From Paramecium tetraurelia (Eukaryota), in NCBI GenBank assembly GCA_000165425.1, contig CT868041.1, positions 620,001 to 651,731 on the forward strand: a stretch of DNA of 31,731 nt, written 5' to 3'. How positions within the stretch are numbered: the stretch's first letter is position 1; the number at the start of each line of letters is the position of its first letter. Below, piece by piece: positions 25,901 to 31,731 of this stretch. A program made the position numbers and the translations under genes. Under the pieces are notes generated by a model. The model was not told where the DNA came from, ran no database searches, and saw only the letters and a list, made by a program, of their open reading frames with translations.

Positions 25901-28900
25901 TAAAACTATAAGATCATCCATATCCAAAATAAAGTAAAACTTAATGGAAATAAGCCGCCAAACATATTGATTAATGTTGATAGTAAAAAAAATTTCATAT
26001 ATTCATCGATAATACCATATTTTTCTTGGGTTTGCTAAAAAGGAGTTTTAGATTCTTAATTTTCAATAAATGTCAGCAAATTTTTGCTTGAATAACTCTT
26101 CTCTTTTATTTATTAAATTCTCCTTTTTACATTAATTATTGTTAATAATAACTTTAACATTTAGTGTATTAGAATTAAAAATACAGTGGTACCGAAAAAA
26201 TATTATGCTTATCCAATACAATTATTTTGAGAGCACTTTAGATTCAGTTCTCCATTTAAAAAACACAAGATCAGTAATGGAAATAATTAAGAAAAACATA
26301 TAAGAGCATATTTTTTTAGGCAATAGCTGTTTTCATAATGTTCAACAGTCTAAAAATTCTCAAAATCTGTCAAAACTATTGCAATAGATTCATAATAATA
26401 TTCTACAATTATTTAAATCACATAATTCAAAATTGCTGTCACTATTATTTCAAAATTCCTAAATTAAATACTTGTACTCGCAAAGATACTTTCAAGGTAT
26501 AAATTAAAGAAGTAAAGTCCTATCGTTATGCAAACATCAGATCCAAATATCAAGATAAGAACAAAAATCGAAATACTAATTCTCCAAAAAAATTGAAAGT
26601 GAATTATCCCTGTAAAATTTAATTGATCAGTTGAAATGGATCTAATTTATTCTCCTTTAAAAGAACTTCTAATTAAGTTATATTTATAATTATTATTTTA
26701 ACCATTTTAAATGTTAAAAGCAAATTGTGTTTAATTCCAATAGTCTGTTAGAAAGCAATTTAAATTGATAATTAAAATTGAAAATATAGATTAAGCCACT
26801 AAGGATATATCATTATGCTAAATGTTAGTTGAATACATAATCATATTAAAAATTACTCCTAGTGCTGCCATGATCGTAGAAAATTGAATATAATATGAAG
26901 AAAATTTAAAGTATAATCCTATTTTTTCACCAAAGTAAATGCAAATTTTGCTTATCGGCATAGACCAAGGATATAAATAATTTAAATTCCATTTGCCAGA
27001 TAAATCAAAAGGTTATTGCTCATACATATAGAATTCTGAATTGATTTCTTATTAATGGTTATTGCTAATTCCAAATAATTCATAATTATTGTGTAAACTA
27101 AAAACAGAGTTTATCAATTTCATATTGATAAATATATCTAATCGAATTGTTGTTGAAAGAACAAAATATGCTAACTTTAATCTTTCATTGGTTGGAAATA
27201 AAGTTATTTAATGATTTTCTTTTGATAAATACCTGGACCATTTTAATTACGATTTAGCAATATTTTTTATAGATTAAGAATGTTATCGAAGGGTGAACGG
27301 AATATAAAGTTCAAAAGGCTATTAATAATATCTATCCCATATTGTTTTTAATGTTTATCCTGTGCTGTTTGCCACTTTTAAAGCCTCTTAAAAAATTAAG
27401 TAATAATTAGAAGCTAATTATTATTATTTAAACAACTTTATTTTTTTTAGAATTGGAAGCTTTTGGGATAATTAAATTTTATTTTATTGGCCTTATAGCT
27501 CTCTAATTTTTTCAAAAAGAATCTAAATTTGCTCTTATTCTTCTTCCGTAAATTCAAAATATCCTTTAGGCTTTTATCCAGTTCTTAGCGCAAATAATTC
27601 TTCTGCACTCTTTTATTTATCTAAGATTAAAGCAATATCGCTTTCTATAAAATATTTTTTTCTTTAAATTTCAATCTGTTTATTAAGATGAACAAGGTAA
27701 ATGTAATATGCCGTCCATTCATCATCAGTTGGACCTTCTTGATCTCCATAAAAATTAATTTTTCCATATTCAAATAATTCATTATTTATGTTACTTTAAC
27801 CTACATCTCTAGCTAATCTCTTAAAATTTATTTGCATTATTTAATCAATAATTAATGGTCTTAAATATTATAAGTATGAAGAAATACTATATTCGTCTGG
27901 CTTCCATAATCTGCCATTTAATCGTAGGGGTCTTAATTATTTATCAACAGGCTCGAGGGAAAATAAATCGGAGAAACAAAAACACAGTTTTTTCGAAAGT
28001 TAACAATTTTCAGCAGCTATTTCTAACATTTATTCAGGCATATATAACAAGAGATATATTTTTGATCCATCTTCAGAAATAATTGATCTGACCATAAATC
28101 CTTTTCTGGAAAATTACACTATTAAAATATTCCTTACTAATGTTAAAAGATCAGATGTTTCATTCATAGTTTTATTCCATTAAGATTGGATCAATCTTAA
28201 ATATTCCCCCTAACTATATGCTTTCTATTATTATTATTGAATTTTTTGAAAATCTATTTAAATTTGTTGAGCAGTCATTTAAATATTCCATTTGTTTTAT
28301 GATGCTAATTCCAATAAATCTTGCCTAAATTAGTTAACAGCTTTTTTTATCTAAATTTCTCTTTAGCAAAGCCCAAAATCTTATGAATTGCGATTATTAT
28401 TGTTGTTTTCAATAAAACCACAAAATTAGTTACTTTAATCAAATATTTGTTGATTTGTTCCTAATAAATTCATTGCATTTCTTTAATCATTTGGAATAGT
28501 TTCCAACCCTCTTGTTCTTTGCTCAAATAAAGAATAGGTCTTACGATCAGACAATTAAATGAATGCAATTTCGATCGCTTTTAAAAATAATTTATCCTGA
28601 ATAGATTTTTACTCTAGAACTAAGGCTTGTACAATCTAATCAACAATTTCATACTGTTTTTATTATAGCTAAGGTTCTTCTGATATATAATCTGGGTTTG
28701 GTAAACTTTATATAATTGAGAATTACCTCACAACAACTTCGGGTTCATCAAATTAGCTCAAGCAATCATCAAAACTCGCAATGTTATTCTCAGAATGCAG
28801 TAATTCCTCTTCATTTTTTTCTATACCTAGTAAATATTTAAAGTAATCTTGAAAAATCTCAACAAAATCTTCAATTTTTTCTGCTTTTGATTACTTTCCA

Positions 28901-29001
28901 GTTTTATTTATTATTTCAGGTATAAGATTTGGAAAAAACTTTGTCGGAAGTTTGGTAATAAACCTTTAATACTAGTTGGAATGGCTTGATCGAAAATTCA
29001 T
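19948..29001 (-). CDS. Giant (~2,990-3,000 aa) anoctamin/TMEM16-family protein with a degenerate kinase-like lobe and a long helical/TPR-like C-terminal extension
   Basis: Exon 29001-24443 holds the anoctamin signatures PWSMPISKICIYFGEKIGLYF, LTDFEN...YENSY, DEYMK...FGGLFPL and QRPWP...LGIW. A 25-nt intron (24418-24442) leads to a stop-free exon down to 21150, then a 23-nt intron (21127-21149), a possible 24-nt intron (20029-20052) and TGA 19950-19948. Confidence 0.85.
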
Positions 29002-29196
29002 ACAAATTATTAATCAATTTTTAATTATTTATTTATAACTATAATATTAATTTATAAGAAGAAAGTAGAAAAGGATTAAATTAAGGTTGATAGAAATACT
29101 ATATTCTTTGAAATTAAATTTCGAAAATACTCCCATATTGAAGGGATGGGCATATATAAGTGAAGAAATCTGAGAAGTAAAATTCAACATTCAAAA

Positions 29197-30370
29197 GAAT
29201 CTAAATTTTTTGCACAAATGAAATGAAAATCAATAAAAATTGCCCAAGTCATTCGTTATATCTGTTTCTCATCCGCCCTCATATTGATAATCATTAAAAA
29301 ATTTTTCAAATAGAACACAATTTAATATCAAACTATAAGATTTTTGCCTAATCTTTAGACAGATTCCTTTAAATAATTTCATTGTTTATTTCACTATTAA
29401 TATAATCCGTTTATGCTTAAAAAATGAATATTCAAGGGGTTCAAAATTCCTTCTTCTTGGACTGCTAATTTCCAATTTATTTTTTTAGATAATTTTCAGG
29501 TCCTGTTTTCCCTTTTTTGGAAAAAATTTCCTTAAGGTGAATTTTAAAATGGAGGTTTGTGGAAAATTAAACTTTTTTTTTTGGGAAACCTTTTGAGGTT
29601 GTGGTGGAAAGAAAATTTTTAAAGGAATCCCCCAGGAAANNNNNNNNNNNNNNNNNNNNNNNNNNNNNNNNNNNNNNNNNNNNNNNNNNNNNNNNNNNNN
29701 NNNNNNNNNNNNNNNNNNNNNNNNNNNNNNNNNNNNNNNNNNNNNNNNNNNNNNNNNNNNNNNNNNNNNNNNNNNNNNNNNNNNNNNNNNNNNNNNNNNN
29801 NNNNNNNNNNNNNNNNNNNNNNNNNNNNNNNNNNNNNNNNNNNNNNNNNNNNNNNNNNNNNNNNNNNNNNNNNNNNNNNNNNNNNNNNNNNNNNNNNNNN
29901 NNNNNNNNNNNNNNNNNGCATGTCCCAGCTGGACTCCTTGTGTCTAGCGAATCTAAATTTTTTGCACAAATGAAATGAAAAATCAATAAAAATTGCCCAA
30001 GTCATTCGTTATATCTGTTTCTCTTTCTACCTCATATTGATAATCATTAAAAAACTTTTCAAATAGACACAATTTAATATCAACTAGTAGATTTTTGTCT
30101 AATCTTTAGACAGATTCCTTAAATAATTTCATGCTTATTCAACTATTATATTATCTGTTTATGCTTAAATAATGATATTCAATGTGTTCAAATTTCTTCT
30201 TCTTGACTTGCTAGTTCTAATTTTATTTTTTAGTTATTTTCATGTCTTGTTTTCCTTTTTTTGTATAGTTTCTTTAGGCTGATTTTAGATTGAGGTTTTG
30301 TGAATATTATACTTTTTTTTTGGAATCATTTGATGATTGTTGGAGAGTATATTTTAATGAATCTCATGAT
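29197..30370 (+). repeat. Apparent direct duplication either side of an N gap (29197-29639 vs ~29949-30370); probable assembly artifact
   Basis: Both copies begin gaatctaaattttttgcacaaatgaaatg. The left copy gains errors and homopolymer expansions progressively toward the gap (N at 29640-29917), as a decaying read end would. Confidence 0.85.
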
Positions 30371-31731
30371 ATATATATTGAATTTCCTAAAATGTGAATT
30401 ATTTCTGCTTGTTGGAATGTTTTTATATTAACCTGGAATCTGTTCCAATTTTAGTGGTATCTCTTTCAAATCCTCAATGGTGATACCAGATTTGGAATAC
30501 CTTCTTATTATTATTAAATTTTTTCTTGTGTGTTGACTTATTTTTTATATATGCTGTTATCTTCAATTTAACCTTTTCATCATTTGAAATATAGCTCAAT
30601 TCTTCTCCGCATTAATGACTAAATTTATTTATGACTATTTTATACACGACTTTCAATGTTCAAATATTTTAAATGTATAGTTCCTCTTCACAGAATAGTA
30701 CTCCTGCTGTTACAATTTCAATTTAAGTTCATCTGCTATGTTGCTTACTGTCATATCAGCCCTTCTCCTATTAACTCACTTGTTTAAATAGGAAATTATC
30801 ATAGAAACTTTGTCTTTCTCATACTTTTGTAATCCTATTCAAATAATGTTGTTTTATTGATTACTGTGTTTTATTAAAAATAAATGCAATTCAAATTCTT
30901 GAGAGACAATTAAATAGTTTAGGAATCTCTGAATATTTAACATCAGTTTCCAATTATCAATTTAGCCCTTTAACTTTCGTTCGTTTATTGATTTTCTTGT
31001 GATTTGTAATGACTAAGAATATATTTTTGTTCAAATATTAGCGAGCCCCATTTGTTTCAGTAAAAGGGTATTCCTTAAAGGCAAGGTACATTATTATTTC
31101 TAGTCTCTTTTATTTACTTAACATCCCACTTTATGTTTATTGATTATCTCGTTTTCTATATAAAATTTTTAGATTATTCTCCAAAATTTTCCTTTATTTA
31201 TATATGTCATATGAGTGGTAATGCAATTATTATGTAGAAAATTTTGAAAAATCGTAAGAAGTTATTCCGTTTATTTTCTAGAATTAATTAAAGAGTTAAA
31301 TACCCCATAATTTTGAGCAAATGCAGTTATTCTCAAATAAGTCCTAGTACTTTAGGAATGGTGAAAGTGTAAAATGAATTTTTTTCTTATGAACTCATGA
31401 ATTATAATGTATCTCGATTGTTGTCTGTATCTTGCAATTCCATCCTAGGTTAATCTGAGTAGTAAAACATCTCTCTCCTTGTTCGGGTTCATAATCAAAT
31501 TTTCTAAACAAGTTTGCATTTTAAAAAGTTATTCCATCTGTAAATTTTGTGCTTGTGATGTTCTTTGATGGCTTTTTTCATTTTATATTCACTCTTCATC
31601 CGTCTTTTATCTTATTTTTGCTCTTTGGTGTTTTGCAATGCTATAATTATATTAGGAGTATTCTGCACACAACTTGCCTTGTTCTTATGCCATGGCTTAT
31701 AATTATATTTTGAGTCTTTAATAAATAAACT
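29970..31731 (-). pseudogene. Decayed coding-like region, probably extending beyond the window
   Basis: Coding-like purine skew on the minus strand and protein-like fragments (GLQKYEKDKVSMIISYLNK*VNRRRADMTVSNIADELKLKL; GITIEDLKEIPLKLEQIPG; NDYQYEVERETDITNDLGNFY*), broken by repeated TGA and frame changes that tiny introns do not explain. Confidence 0.45.

Noticed and set aside
29567..30005. Three ORFs spanning the N run
   Set aside because: Open only because N codons contain no stops; the flanks are low quality.

Overview
Very AT-rich, gene-dense eukaryotic DNA that reads as the macronuclear genome of a ciliate, most likely Paramecium. Genes open only when TAA/TAG are read as Gln and TGA is the sole stop, and they are split by 20-30 nt GT-AG introns, so the supplied standard-code ORF track is mostly uninformative. 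Manual translation gives 13 apparently complete genes: TMEM184/OSTalpha-like transporter, a coiled-coil protein, a SHAQKYF-class MYB factor, a divergent SRP54 paralog, an MRH-domain type I membrane receptor ending in GYVLV, two hypothetical proteins, an ANTH-like protein, a Cache-type two-TM sensor, a myristoylated VPS9-like protein, SWI3/SMARCC, an ARM+PH-like protein, and one ~9 kb gene (~3,000 aa) joining an anoctamin/TMEM16 domain to a degenerate kinase-like lobe and a long TPR-like tail. There is also a candidate box C/D snoRNA complementary to 18S rRNA helix 34, a decayed coding region at the 3' end, and an N gap that looks like an unmerged contig overlap. The strongest leads are the giant anoctamin fusion with a remodelled Ca2+ site, the SRP54 paralog lacking its catalytic GTPase loop, and the snoRNA candidate. 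All calls are by-eye translation and motif recognition; no searches were run.
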